This document shows positions 37,730 to 46,975 of a stretch of 64,000 nt of DNA, one piece after another. Position numbers and translations under genes: made by a program. The stretch comes from Alphaproteobacteria bacterium. Its GTDB lineage: Bacteria > Pseudomonadota > Alphaproteobacteria > JABAAW01. Within the stretch, counting starts at the first letter, position 1, and every line of letters begins with the position of its first letter. The notes beneath the pieces were generated by a model. It ran no database searches and was not told the origin of the DNA. It saw only the letters and a program-made list of their open reading frames with translations. The stretch lies in contig JABABG010000062.1 of the NCBI GenBank assembly GCA_014238315.1, positions 3,568-67,567 of the forward strand, written 5' to 3'.

Positions 37730-38082
37730 TAAAAAATCCTCACCCCTACTCCGTGTATGCTGCCAAGCATACACCCGCGCCTATTAGCCCCTTCTTTCAT
37801 TTTTCCTTTCTTCCATTCGAAGCTTTACTTTATTCCATTCCGTGATTTTTTTTACTTACCTTTCACAATCCTTACAATTTTTTGAGCTTTATTTCAGCAA
37901 GGTCGGCTACACTTGCAAGCGAATCTCTACTGACCTCTACACGGGTCGGATACTTGTGAGCTTAACCCTATAGACAAACCTCTCCCCCACCCTACCCTTT
38001 GCAAACTTGACGACTGTAGCTCCAATCGCTTAGGATTCGGAGCTCTTACCCCTCCCCTCCCCCTCCACCCCTCTCCCCCACT

Positions 38083-40041
38083 TTGTTTTTTATGAGCAGA
38101 CTTGACTACGATGTAATAGTTATCGGCGGCGGACATGCAGGCTCGGAGGCGGCTTCTGCGTCTGCCCGTTGCGGAGCTCGTACGCTTCTGCTGACATTAG
38201 ATTGCGCGAAGATAGGCGAGATGTCTTGCAACCCTGCGATAGGCGGTCTTGGCAAGGGTCATTTAGTCCGCGAGCTAGACGCCCTTGACGGCATTATGGG
38301 GGTTGCGACCGACCGTTCTGGCATTCAGTATCGGATGTTGAATCGCAGCCGCGGTCCTGCGGTTCAGGGACCTAGGGCACAAACCGACCGAGCCCTTTAC
38401 CGCGAGGCCATTCAGACGCTTTTGCACGAGCAAGACAATTTAACGATAGAGCAAGGCGAGGCGTCGCGTTTTTTGCTAGAGGACGCCAGCCTGTGCGGAA
38501 TAGAGACTGTTGCGGGCAAGAAGATTTCTTGCGGAGCTGTAGTTTTGACGACTGGCACTTTTTTAGGCGGCAAGATTCACATAGGCGAGGAATCTTTTTC
38601 TGCGGGTCGTCTAGGCGAGGGAGCCTCCAACGCGCTAGCGCATTTTCTTCTAGATAGGGGCTTTCCTCTTGCGCGCCTGAAGACTGGCACGCCTCCACGC
38701 CTTTTATCGAGCTCGATCGACTTTTCCGCGCTTGAACCGCAGCAAGCGGACGAGCACCCCGTTCCCCTTTCTTTTATGACCAGCGACATCACGCTTCGCC
38801 AAGTAGCTTGCCATATCACTTGGACGAACGAGCGCACGCATGCCCTCATTATGTCTGAGCACGAGCGTTCGCCGATTTTTTCTGGCGGCATCACTTCTAG
38901 CGGTCCTCGTTACTGCCCATCGATCGAGGACAAGGTTTTCCGTTTTTCTGACAAACCTCGTCACCAGATTTTTTTAGAACCTGAGGGATTGAGCAGCGAT
39001 GTTATCTACCCGAACGGCATTTCGACCGCCCTGCCGCGCGAGGTTCAGCGAGATTTTTTACGTACTATCAAGGGATTAGAGGATGCGAAGATTTTACAAT
39101 TCGGCTACGCGGTTGAATATACTTATGTCGATCCACGCGCGCTTCACAAGACCCTAGAGTCTCGCAAGGTTAGGGGATTGTTTTTAGCCGGCCAGATAAA
39201 CGGCACGACTGGCTACGAGGAGGCAGCGGCGCAAGGGTTAGTTGCAGGTGTTAACGCGGCGCATCGCTGTTTTTGTCCCTCTGTTTCTTTTGAGGGCTTT
39301 GTTCCGCAGCGCACGAACAGCTACATTGGGGTAATGATAGACGACTTGACCCGCTTGGGAGCGGCGGAGCCCTATCGGATGTTTACTTCGCGCGCCGAGT
39401 ATCGTTTATCGCTACGAGCCGAGACGGCGGACGAGCGTCTGACGCCGCTAGGCATCGAACATTCCTGCGTGAGCTCTGCGCGCGCGCGCGCCTATAAAAG
39501 TAAGTCTGCTCGCCTTTCGCACGCCCGCAGTCTTGCCTGCTCGTTGAGCGCAAGTCCGAGCGAGCTCCGCCGTTCTGGCATAGAAGTCCGCCGCGATGGC
39601 GTAAGGCGTTCGGCTTTCACTCTATTAGGACTAGATTCGGTTTCGCTCGCGAGTCTGCTCGAATTTTTTCCTTCTTTAGGCGAGCTATCTTCGGACGACT
39701 TGCAGCGTTTGCGAGTCGATTCGCGCTACAGCGGCTACCTTGCACGACAAAAGCTAGACATAGCTGCCTACCACCGCGGTCGCGAACTTTTGCTACCGAG
39801 CGATTTAGCCTACGACAAGATAGACGGTCTCTCTCGCGAGCTCTCGACGAAACTTTCATCCTTACGTCCGGCATCCTTAGGCGAGGCTTCTGACATAGAG
39901 GGCATGACTGCTGCGGCTCTGCTGATTTTATTGAGACATTGCAAGAGGCTGAGGCGAAAGAAGGCTCGACTTTCCAATAGGCAGGAAGGGTCGTTGCGTC
40001 CTCTTCGCGAGAACATAGGCGAGCGTTCCGTTGCCTCCTGA
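38083..40041 (+). CDS. mnmG: tRNA uridine 5-carboxymethylaminomethyl modification enzyme MnmG (GidA)
   Basis: N-terminal FAD motif [11 protein letters not shown] and full-length GidA similarity. Confidence 0.95.
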   Translation: MFFMSRLDYDVIVIGGGHAGSEAASASARCGARTLLLTLDCAKIGEMSCNPAIGGLGKGHLVRELDALDGIMGVATDRSGIQYRMLNRSRGPAVQGPRAQTDRALYREAIQTLLHEQDNLTIEQGEASRFLLEDASLCGIETVAGKKISCGAVVLTTGTFLGGKIHIGEESFSAGRLGEGASNALAHFLLDRGFPLARLKTGTPPRLLSSSIDFSALEPQQADEHPVPLSFMTSDITLRQVACHITWTNERTHALIMSEHERSPIFSGGITSSGPRYCPSIEDKVFRFSDKPRHQIFLEPEGLSSDVIYPNGISTALPREVQRDFLRTIKGLEDAKILQFGYAVEYTYVDPRALHKTLESRKVRGLFLAGQINGTTGYEEAAAQGLVAGVNAAHRCFCPSVSFEGFVPQRTNSYIGVMIDDLTRLGAAEPYRMFTSRAEYRLSLRAETADERLTPLGIEHSCVSSARARAYKSKSARLSHARSLACSLSASPSELRRSGIEVRRDGVRRSAFTLLGLDSVSLASLLEFFPSLGELSSDDLQRLRVDSRYSGYLARQKLDIAAYHRGRELLLPSDLAYDKIDGLSRELSTKLSSLRPASLGEASDIEGMTAAALLILLRHCKRLRRKKARLSNRQEGSLRPLRENIGERSVAS

Positions 40042-40816
40042 TTCTTCTCATAATTTTTCCCCCGACCTTGCTATCGTTGACGCGGCTACACTGACGCACG
40101 CGGTATCTGGCTTTGCGGAGATTAGCACCGAGCAGAGTTCTCGCCTTTGCCGTTATCGAGACATTTTGACGGAATGGAATTCGCGCATGAACTTAGTTTC
40201 TTCTGGCGACTTGCGGCGTTTTTGGTCTCGTCACTGCTACGAATCTGTACAGTTGCTTCGCTTTCTACCAAACTCTAGCTATTCGCTAGTAGACCTAGGC
40301 AGTGGCGCGGGCTTTCCTGGTCTTGTCATCTCGATTCTGCGCCCGCGGCTTTCTGTAACGCTAATCGAGAGCAATCAAAGGAAGGCGTCTTTTCTCACGC
40401 ATGTTTCACGTGAAACATGCTCTAGCGCCACCGTCATAGCCGAGCGCATAGAGGCGCGAGCGCGCGCGACAGACATCGTTGTTGCGCGCGCATTAGCAAG
40501 CATCGACAAGACGCTAAGATTATTAGCTGGCTGGAAGATAGGCAGGCGAGCGCGCAAAACGTGTGAGATTCGCGGGGCTAGTGCAAGCTCAACGAGTGTA
40601 ATGGATAAATCTAATAAATCGGATAAATCGCCTGGTCTGCCGCGGGCGCTATTGCTAAAGGGCAGTCGCTGGCAAGCTGAGTTGGCGGAGGCGCGCAAAC
40701 ACTGGAGGATCCGCGCGGGCGTAGAGCATTTGCAAGAGAATTTTTCCGACAAAACCTTAAACACGGTGGTTAAAATATGGGAATGGGAATGGGTTGCTCA
40801 TAGAGCAAACCGATAA
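40031..40816 (+). CDS. rsmG: 16S rRNA (guanine527-N7)-methyltransferase RsmG (GidB)
   Basis: SAM-binding [10 protein letters not shown] motif; follows mnmG with a small overlap. C-terminal region is extended. Confidence 0.85.
   Translation: MPPDSSHNFSPDLAIVDAATLTHAVSGFAEISTEQSSRLCRYRDILTEWNSRMNLVSSGDLRRFWSRHCYESVQLLRFLPNSSYSLVDLGSGAGFPGLVISILRPRLSVTLIESNQRKASFLTHVSRETCSSATVIAERIEARARATDIVVARALASIDKTLRLLAGWKIGRRARKTCEIRGASASSTSVMDKSNKSDKSPGLPRALLLKGSRWQAELAEARKHWRIRAGVEHLQENFSDKTLNTVVKIWEWEWVAHRANR
40402..40417. promoter_or_regulatory. parS: parS centromere-like site, perfect 16-bp palindrome TGTTTCACGTGAAACA
   Basis: Exact match to the ParB-binding consensus, inside the rsmG coding sequence about 0.7 kb upstream of parA. 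Confidence 0.7.
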
Positions 40817-40879
40817 AGTTCGCATTTGTTGTAGAGTTTTTGTAGAGTTTTTATAGGGTTGTTGCAGAGCTTTTTCAAA

Positions 40880-41040
40880 GGTAGCAAGGGGTAGTCTAAG
40901 TGGTGGTCAGAGGTAGTCTAAGGGGCAGTCAGGGGTAGTCAGGGGTAGTCAAAGACAGCTCGCAATAGCCCAGAACAGCTAAGGGCAGCGGCAACAACGG
41001 CGGCAACGGCAACAGCGAATAGGGAAGTATAAAAGGTGGT
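40880..41040. repeat. degenerate ~10-bp (ggtagtcagg) and cag/cgg-rich tandem repeats upstream of parA
   Basis: Direct reading: ggtagtctaag...ggtagtcagg ggtagtcagg ggtagtcaaag, then gcggcaacaacggcggcaacggcaacagcg. Confidence 0.6.
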
Positions 41041-41087
41041 AATAGGTAAATAGCGATGATTCTCTCAGCAAAGGAAAGGACGGGGTT

Positions 41088-41867
41088 ATGGGCAAGGTTA
41101 TAGCTTTGGCAAATCAAAAGGGCGGAGTTGGCAAGACGACGACTGCCATCAATCTTTCGAGCGCGCTTGCGACTAGGGGTTGCTCTGTTTTAGTAATCGA
41201 CCTAGATTCGCAAGGCAACGCGACGACGGGTTTTGGTATCAGCAACAATGGTAGCGCGAACAGCTACGACCTGCTTGCTGGCAAAGCTGCTCTCGATGGC
41301 TGTCGGGTGGAAACCTCGATAGCAAATTTAGAGCTAGTCCCCTCCTGCATCGACCTCGTGGGGGCGGAGGTAGAGCTTGCAGAGCAGGACGACCGCCATA
41401 CACGCCTTAGAAGTGCTATTTCGCAGAGCAACGTTAGCTTTGATTATGTCTTCATCGATTGTCCGCCGGCGCTCGGTTTTCTTACGCTCAACGCGTTGTG
41501 CGCAGCTGACGCGGTGCTAGTACCGTTGCAGTGCGAGTTCTTTGCGCTCGAGGGTTTAAGCCATCTGCTCAAAACCTTGGCACGAGTGCGGCGATCGCTA
41601 AATCCGAGCCTAGAGATAGAAGGCGTTTTACTAACGATGCACGATTCGCGCAACAACCTTTCGGAGATGATAGTGCAAGACGCGCGCTCGCATTTAGGCA
41701 AAAAAGTCTATAAGACACTGATACCGCGCAATGTACGCATATCGGAGGCCTCCTCGCACGGCAAACCGATTCTGCTCTACGACCGAACCTGCTCAGGCAA
41801 CCTCGCCTACGAGAGCCTAGCGCGCGAGATGCTCGGTGTGAGCGAAGAGGAGGAGGCTGCAAAATGA
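41088..41867 (+). CDS. parA: chromosome partitioning ATPase ParA
   Basis: Deviant Walker A KGGVGKTT, ParA/Soj family. Confidence 0.9.
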   Translation: MGKVIALANQKGGVGKTTTAINLSSALATRGCSVLVIDLDSQGNATTGFGISNNGSANSYDLLAGKAALDGCRVETSIANLELVPSCIDLVGAEVELAEQDDRHTRLRSAISQSNVSFDYVFIDCPPALGFLTLNALCAADAVLVPLQCEFFALEGLSHLLKTLARVRRSLNPSLEIEGVLLTMHDSRNNLSEMIVQDARSHLGKKVYKTLIPRNVRISEASSHGKPILLYDRTCSGNLAYESLAREMLGVSEEEEAAK

Positions 41868-42880
41868 AAAAAGGTGCTAATAATCTAGGTAGAGGGCTTG
41901 CGGCGTTGCTCGGTGATGACCTCGATAAGCTAGGAGGTACTGAGGCGGCGGACAATGTGGAGAACAATAGCTCGCGTAAGGGTGGGGGAAGGTTGTCAAA
42001 TAGGGGCTTGATTAGCGTTGCCATCGGCGATATTGCGCCGAACCCGCGTCAACCGCGCAAAAATTTTGACGATGCAGGCTTAGACGAGCTTAGCGCCTCG
42101 ATAAAGAAGAATGGCGTTTTGCAACCGCTGATAGTAACCGCGGCAAAAGGTTGGAACGAAAAGGACAATAAAAATCAAGCTGATAGGCAAGATTCTTTGC
42201 GTAACGGCGAAGGTAAAAGCGTAAATATCGAAAGCGCGAGACAAGATATTAGCTACATCATCGTTGCAGGTGAGCGGCGTTGGCGGGCAGCTCAACGCGC
42301 GGGTTTGCACGAGGTGCCAGCCATTGTCAAACAGCTCAACGAGCAACAACTCTCGGAAATAGCGATAGTCGAAAACATCCAGCGCGAAGATTTAACGCCG
42401 TTAGAGCTAGCGGCAGCCTACGCATCGCTAATAGAACGTTTTAGCTATAGGCAGGAAGATTTAGCGCAAACACTTGGTAAGAGCCGTAGTGCGATCACCA
42501 ATAGCATGCGCCTATTGTCCCTGCCGGCTAGTGTTAAGCACAAACTTGCTGAGGGAACGTTGAGCGAAGGGCACGTGAGGCTACTAGTTGGGCTAAATGA
42601 TGCGGAAGAAATGGCGGAAATTTTTATAAAGAAGTCCTTGACCGTGCGCGAGGCAGAAAAAATCATCAGCAGGTTGAAAAAATCTGGTAATTTATCTGAC
42701 AAACAGGAAAAAACAGAAAAAAACCCTAATATAGTCGCGCTAGAGCGTGAAATTGAGGAGATATTGGGGTTAAAAACACAGGTTGAGCATGGGAAAAGCG
42801 GCGAAGATGCGGGAAAAATTACCATTTTTTATAAAAACTCCAAGCAACTCGATCCCTTTCTGGATAAAATCAGGGGTTGA
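41864..42880 (+). CDS. parB: chromosome partitioning protein ParB (with Lys/Asn-rich insertion after the N-terminal domain)
   Basis: GERRWRAA ParB box, HTH region, overlaps the parA stop. Confidence 0.9.
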   Translation: MKKGANNLGRGLAALLGDDLDKLGGTEAADNVENNSSRKGGGRLSNRGLISVAIGDIAPNPRQPRKNFDDAGLDELSASIKKNGVLQPLIVTAAKGWNEKDNKNQADRQDSLRNGEGKSVNIESARQDISYIIVAGERRWRAAQRAGLHEVPAIVKQLNEQQLSEIAIVENIQREDLTPLELAAAYASLIERFSYRQEDLAQTLGKSRSAITNSMRLLSLPASVKHKLAEGTLSEGHVRLLVGLNDAEEMAEIFIKKSLTVREAEKIISRLKKSGNLSDKQEKTEKNPNIVALEREIEEILGLKTQVEHGKSGEDAGKITIFYKNSKQLDPFLDKIRG

Positions 42881-43518
42881 ATTGGCAAAATATAAATAAC
42901 TTTATTTGTAGTTATTTTTTATGACTACAATCGTATTTAGCAACTAAATTGTCCAAGTTTAGACCAATTCGATTAATTTAGAAGAAAGAATGCGGATCGT
43001 TGCTACTCAGAAGAAAAAAGGTAACCCGTGGCGATCGATCGCACCACCTACCTTACGCAAATACAATTGGCGAAGATTGATAGCAAAAAGGCGATAAACG
43101 TATAACTGGCGCATGCGGAACAAAAACTATGGAAGAGCCGAGATAGAGGTTCGTATAAAAATTTGGCTAACGGCTCTGGCAGAATTATAAAAAGATAAGA
43201 TAAAAAATAATTTTAGATTCGGTCCAAGAAATAGTCTCGGGTAATAAACGTTGCGATTAAGGATTAAAACTTAAACAAAGTTGATGCAAGGTTAAACGCA
43301 AGGTTGATGACTGGCTTACAGCAGTTTAGGTAGCCTTATGGCAACTTGAAACTGGGTATTTAGCGTGTAATTCGACAAGTTTTAGAAAGCCAAGCGCAAC
43401 GATTATCCTAGCGATAGTTACAGAAGGGTTAAAGAGGTGGCATTACGCCACGGCGAGCGATGCAAAAATGCACTGCGTGGTGTTGAGTTTTGTTAGTTTT
43501 GCGGTTCATTCTTGCAAT

Positions 43519-44166
43519 TTATCTCCGAAAGAGGCTTTTACGGAAGCGGTACAGCGACTTTACTACGCTACGTCTACCGACAACCTTCCCCAAACCGGAT
43601 ATAATAACGCCATTACATTTAGTTTTTTTCTTACAATCTGGCATTTGTCGCCGATTAATGTTTCGCCATCGCAACGAAGTCATACCGTCTCTTTTCAGAG
43701 CTCTTTTTTTACGCAAGTATTTTGGCGCGAAGGTCATGACGACATGGTCAAATTCATTTTCGATGCCTGTTTCGAGCAGCAGAGGTATTTCTATAACGAC
43801 GATCTTCGCGCCGACCCTACGACAATGCTGCAAGAATTTCTTACGAGATATCAACACTTTCGGATGGATAAGTTTCTCCAGCCACATCAGGTTTCCATCA
43901 ACTTGCCGACTATTGCTGTTTTGAGTTTGGCTATTTTTCGCATCTGCATAGACATGCTGCGCGAGCTTCCTCCTTATAACATTATTATCTTTGTCCCTTG
44001 TATTCGGAAAGCGGAGAAATATCTGCTGCTTTAGTTTCGTATCTGCAACTAAAATTTTATGAACGGCATCATCGGCACTATATGTATGCAAACGCAGGCT
44101 TGTAAACACTTGTAAAGCAAAGGATTTTCCAGAAGCGATAGAACCTGTGAGACCAATGACTAACAT
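43519..44166 (-). CDS. coaE: dephospho-CoA kinase
   Basis: P-loop GLTGSIASGKS at the N-terminus. Confidence 0.85.
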   Translation of the reverse strand: MLVIGLTGSIASGKSFALQVFTSLRLHTYSADDAVHKILVADTKLKQQIFLRFPNTRDKDNNVIRRKLAQHVYADAKNSQTQNSNSRQVDGNLMWLEKLIHPKVLISRKKFLQHCRRVGAKIVVIEIPLLLETGIENEFDHVVMTFAPKYLRKKRALKRDGMTSLRWRNINRRQMPDCKKKTKCNGVIISGLGKVVGRRSVVKSLYRFRKSLFRR

Positions 44167-44189
44167 GATTGTTGCGAGTAGTTATCTTT

Positions 44190-45194
44190 CTAAAGTGTTT
44201 TTTCGATATACGATACGAGCTGTTTGATCAAACCATCGTAATTTTTTTGTGATGTTATCGGAGAAATACCAAACCAATCCTCGAACGATATTGCTGCTTG
44301 AGCTACAAGCATTCCAATTCCGCTAGCGGTTTTCATATTTGCTTTTCTAGCACACTTTAAAAATTCGGTGTCTATAGGGTTGTAGACGAGGTCGTAAGCT
44401 AGGGCTTGTTCTGGATTTTTCACTATTTGTGAGAATTTTGGAAAAAAATGCTCTTGCTTTTGCGTATTTTTGTCTTCGCTACATTGATCTAATTTTGTTA
44501 CTCTCGGCGAGGATGTGGTTTTTTGTACCGAATTTTTTTTCATACCTAATGAAGTAGCATTAATAAAGAGGTCGCAATCAGCTACGAATTTTTTTTCCTG
44601 CAACCATGATGAAACCACTCGAAAGTTTCCTCCCACCTCTCCCCTTACCTTCTCCACCATTTTCTTCCCCCTATCCAAAGTTCTGTTAATGATCAGAACT
44701 TCTTTTGCTCGCAAATTCAATAGGGCGTGGAGAACAGCTTGAGCCGCACCACCGGCTCCCCAAAGACAGACTCTATTACAAAATCCCTGTGAGGAAGAGT
44801 TTGATCGCTGATGTGCGCAAAGGTCTTTATAAAATCCTTCAGAATCGGTGTTGTCGCCAATTATTTCGGATTCTCTAAATATGACACTATTCGTCGCACC
44901 AATTTTTTTAACTATTTCCGTAAGGCGACCGCAAGCTTGAAGGGCTTCTATCTTGTGTGGCAGAGTTATGTTCACCCCGCGTGCCCCTATGTTATGTAGA
45001 GTGTCGATGACTTTTTTTACCTTCCCTGAGTCTACGGGCAGGGCTAAATATACAGCATCGATCGAATGATCATGATACCAACGGTTATGGATTAGCGGCG
45101 ATAATGAGTGTGAGATGGGTTTCCCTATAACCGCACAAAGTTTTGTGCTAGAGGAAATTCTTGGCGCGGTTAGCAACGAGGTGTTTTTTATCAC
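44190..45194 (-). CDS. aroE: shikimate dehydrogenase
   Basis: AroE substrate motifs (GxSxSPxxHN-like, NxTxPxK), Rossmann GAGGAA. Contains a low-complexity insertion. Confidence 0.75.
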   Translation of the reverse strand: MIKNTSLLTAPRISSSTKLCAVIGKPISHSLSPLIHNRWYHDHSIDAVYLALPVDSGKVKKVIDTLHNIGARGVNITLPHKIEALQACGRLTEIVKKIGATNSVIFRESEIIGDNTDSEGFYKDLCAHQRSNSSSQGFCNRVCLWGAGGAAQAVLHALLNLRAKEVLIINRTLDRGKKMVEKVRGEVGGNFRVVSSWLQEKKFVADCDLFINATSLGMKKNSVQKTTSSPRVTKLDQCSEDKNTQKQEHFFPKFSQIVKNPEQALAYDLVYNPIDTEFLKCARKANMKTASGIGMLVAQAAISFEDWFGISPITSQKNYDGLIKQLVSYIEKTL

Positions 45195-45826
45195 GAGAGC
45201 AATGGGTCTCCTATTTTTTGCTCGCGCAAGAACGCTAATAATTCAAGTAAAGGTAATCCTTGTATTACATAGGGGTCTGCAGACACGCGCGAAAATAGCA
45301 ACGCCCCTTCTTCTTCAACCCTATAACCTCCGACGGACGAAAGAATTTTTTCGCCAAAACGCGAGAGATAATGATCCAAGAACTTTTCGCTAAAATCCCT
45401 CAGATATATCCGAGCAATTGCACAATGGCTCCATAATAAAGCGTTTTCACGCACGATAGCTGCCGCTGAATAGAGAATATGTTCTTTGGCTCTGAGTTTT
45501 AGGAGATTTTTTCGTAGTTCGGATAAATTTTCGGCTTTGGTGTAGATAGAAGATTCGCACGTAAGTATCTGATCACAACCTAAAATATATGGCATTGAGC
45601 AAATATTTGGTCTATTGCTTTCGGCAAAAATTTTTTCTGCATTTATCCGAGCGTCTATTTTACGCGCCTTCATTTCTGCTAGACAACGGGCTATGTCATC
45701 TGGAGTTTTTTTTTCGCTACGCAAAGATTCTATAATTTCTTCTTCGTCTAGATCGGCAGACTCGCATTCAAAGATGAGTCCACAGCATGAGAGCATACGC
45801 GCTCGAGAAGGACTGCGAGAAGCCAA
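45191..45826 (-). CDS. maf: Maf-like nucleoside triphosphate pyrophosphatase
   Basis: Maf family length and conserved S/E/K residues. Confidence 0.75.
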   Translation of the reverse strand: MASRSPSRARMLSCCGLIFECESADLDEEEIIESLRSEKKTPDDIARCLAEMKARKIDARINAEKIFAESNRPNICSMPYILGCDQILTCESSIYTKAENLSELRKNLLKLRAKEHILYSAAAIVRENALLWSHCAIARIYLRDFSEKFLDHYLSRFGEKILSSVGGYRVEEEGALLFSRVSADPYVIQGLPLLELLAFLREQKIGDPLLS

Positions 45827-45828
45827 GA

Positions 45829-46677
45829 TTAGTCTATGGGGTTTAACGATGATACCTTCTCTTCTTTTTCTATGTCGCGGACAATTGCCGATGCTGTTTC
45901 TTCAATAGAGCGGTTCGTTACATCGATTAAACGAATAACTCCCAATTTTTGAAAAAATTTTCGTGCGGCGGCAATTTCCTCTCTAACCGAATCTGGATCA
46001 ATATAATTATAAGAAGCTTCCTGTCCTATCGATTGTAAGCGGTTGCGTCGCAAAGCGAGCAGATGTTCAGAATTACAAGTTAACCCAAACATAGCAGGTG
46101 TTTTATGATTTTTTAGCACATTTGTTAATTCTTGAGGAATAGGCATATTAGGAACAAAAGGAACGTTTGCGGCGCGAAAACCTCGGTTTGCCAATTGAAA
46201 ACAAGTCGGCGTTTTTGATGTACGGGAGACACCAAACAAAATTATATCTGCTTCTCCCAATGTATCCATTCCATTACCGTCATCGTGAGCCAAAGTAAAA
46301 TGTATCGCCTCGATTCTACGAAAGTAGTTATCTCCCATTGCATGTTGTGCCCCAGATTGCTCGACTGGCTCACAGTCAAAATAATTAGTTAGCGCGTCTA
46401 GCGGCCCTTTAAGAACAGAAAAATATGGGAACGATTTACTATTACAAAATTCTTGTAATCTTTCCGATAGGGTTTGGCTTGCCAACGAGAAAATCACTAT
46501 TCCGGGCTCAGCTTCTAACAAAGGAAAAATTTTTTTCATCCTAGAGTCGTTATGAATGAGCGGGTGTAAGCGCTCGACAGCCAAGAAAGAGGGAAATAGA
46601 GCGAGACAAGCTCGAGACAAGCTTTGTACGGTTTCTCCTGTAGAATCAGAAATCAAGTGTAGAAAGAAATTTTTCAT
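45829..46677 (-). CDS. pyruvate phosphate dikinase regulatory protein-like kinase/pyrophosphorylase (DUF299); start taken at MKNFFLHLISDSTGET
   Basis: DUF299 N-terminal signature ISDSTGET and P-loop-like GVSRTSKT. Upstream ORF-track residues are unlikely to be coding. Confidence 0.8.
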   Translation of the reverse strand: MKNFFLHLISDSTGETVQSLSRACLALFPSFLAVERLHPLIHNDSRMKKIFPLLEAEPGIVIFSLASQTLSERLQEFCNSKSFPYFSVLKGPLDALTNYFDCEPVEQSGAQHAMGDNYFRRIEAIHFTLAHDDGNGMDTLGEADIILFGVSRTSKTPTCFQLANRGFRAANVPFVPNMPIPQELTNVLKNHKTPAMFGLTCNSEHLLALRRNRLQSIGQEASYNYIDPDSVREEIAAARKFFQKLGVIRLIDVTNRSIEETASAIVRDIEKEEKVSSLNPID

Positions 46678-46975
46678 AGTAACAAAGTTGTAACAATGAT
46701 GGGAAAACCCTTTAAAAAATCTGGTTTTACAAAATTGTTCGAAAACACGAGTCTTTTTTCCACAAAAAAATTCTATCAATTAAATAAATTGCTTGGCTAT
46801 AATCTTATCAACAAATTGAGCATTTTATCAAAAATGGCTGTTTTCACGTGTATTTTTTTCAATTAAATTACCTAATATACTGTGGATAAGCTACTGGCGT
46901 TTTTGCATACAAGTTTTTACAATCTTTCAACAGACTAATAATAAGAAGTAATTTAAAAAAAATTTTTAAATTATT
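46678..46975. promoter_or_regulatory. oriC: candidate chromosomal replication origin (hemE / DUF299 intergenic, AT-rich)
   Basis: Conserved alphaproteobacterial ori location between hemE and the DUF299 gene. Perfect DnaA box TGTGGATAA at 46881-46889, plus near-consensus TTATCAACA (46805-46813) and TTATCAAAA (46825-46833). Confidence 0.5.

Noticed and set aside
37562-37774. 70-aa minus-strand ORF across the 17-bp repeat array
   Set aside because: The 17-aa peptide periodicity is an artefact of three 17-bp units per 51 nt. It has no start context and is Arg/Lys/Gln-rich, which suggests a non-coding repeat.
43468-44034. 188-aa ORF on the plus strand
   Set aside because: It is entirely antisense to coaE, whose P-loop GLTGSIASGKS makes the minus-strand reading secure. 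Its composition is the mirror image of the coaE frame.
46842-46858. parS-like sequence ctgttttcacgtgtat near the putative origin
   Set aside because: It has an extra T in the left half-site and a degenerate right half, so it is not a match to TGTTTCACGTGAAACA.
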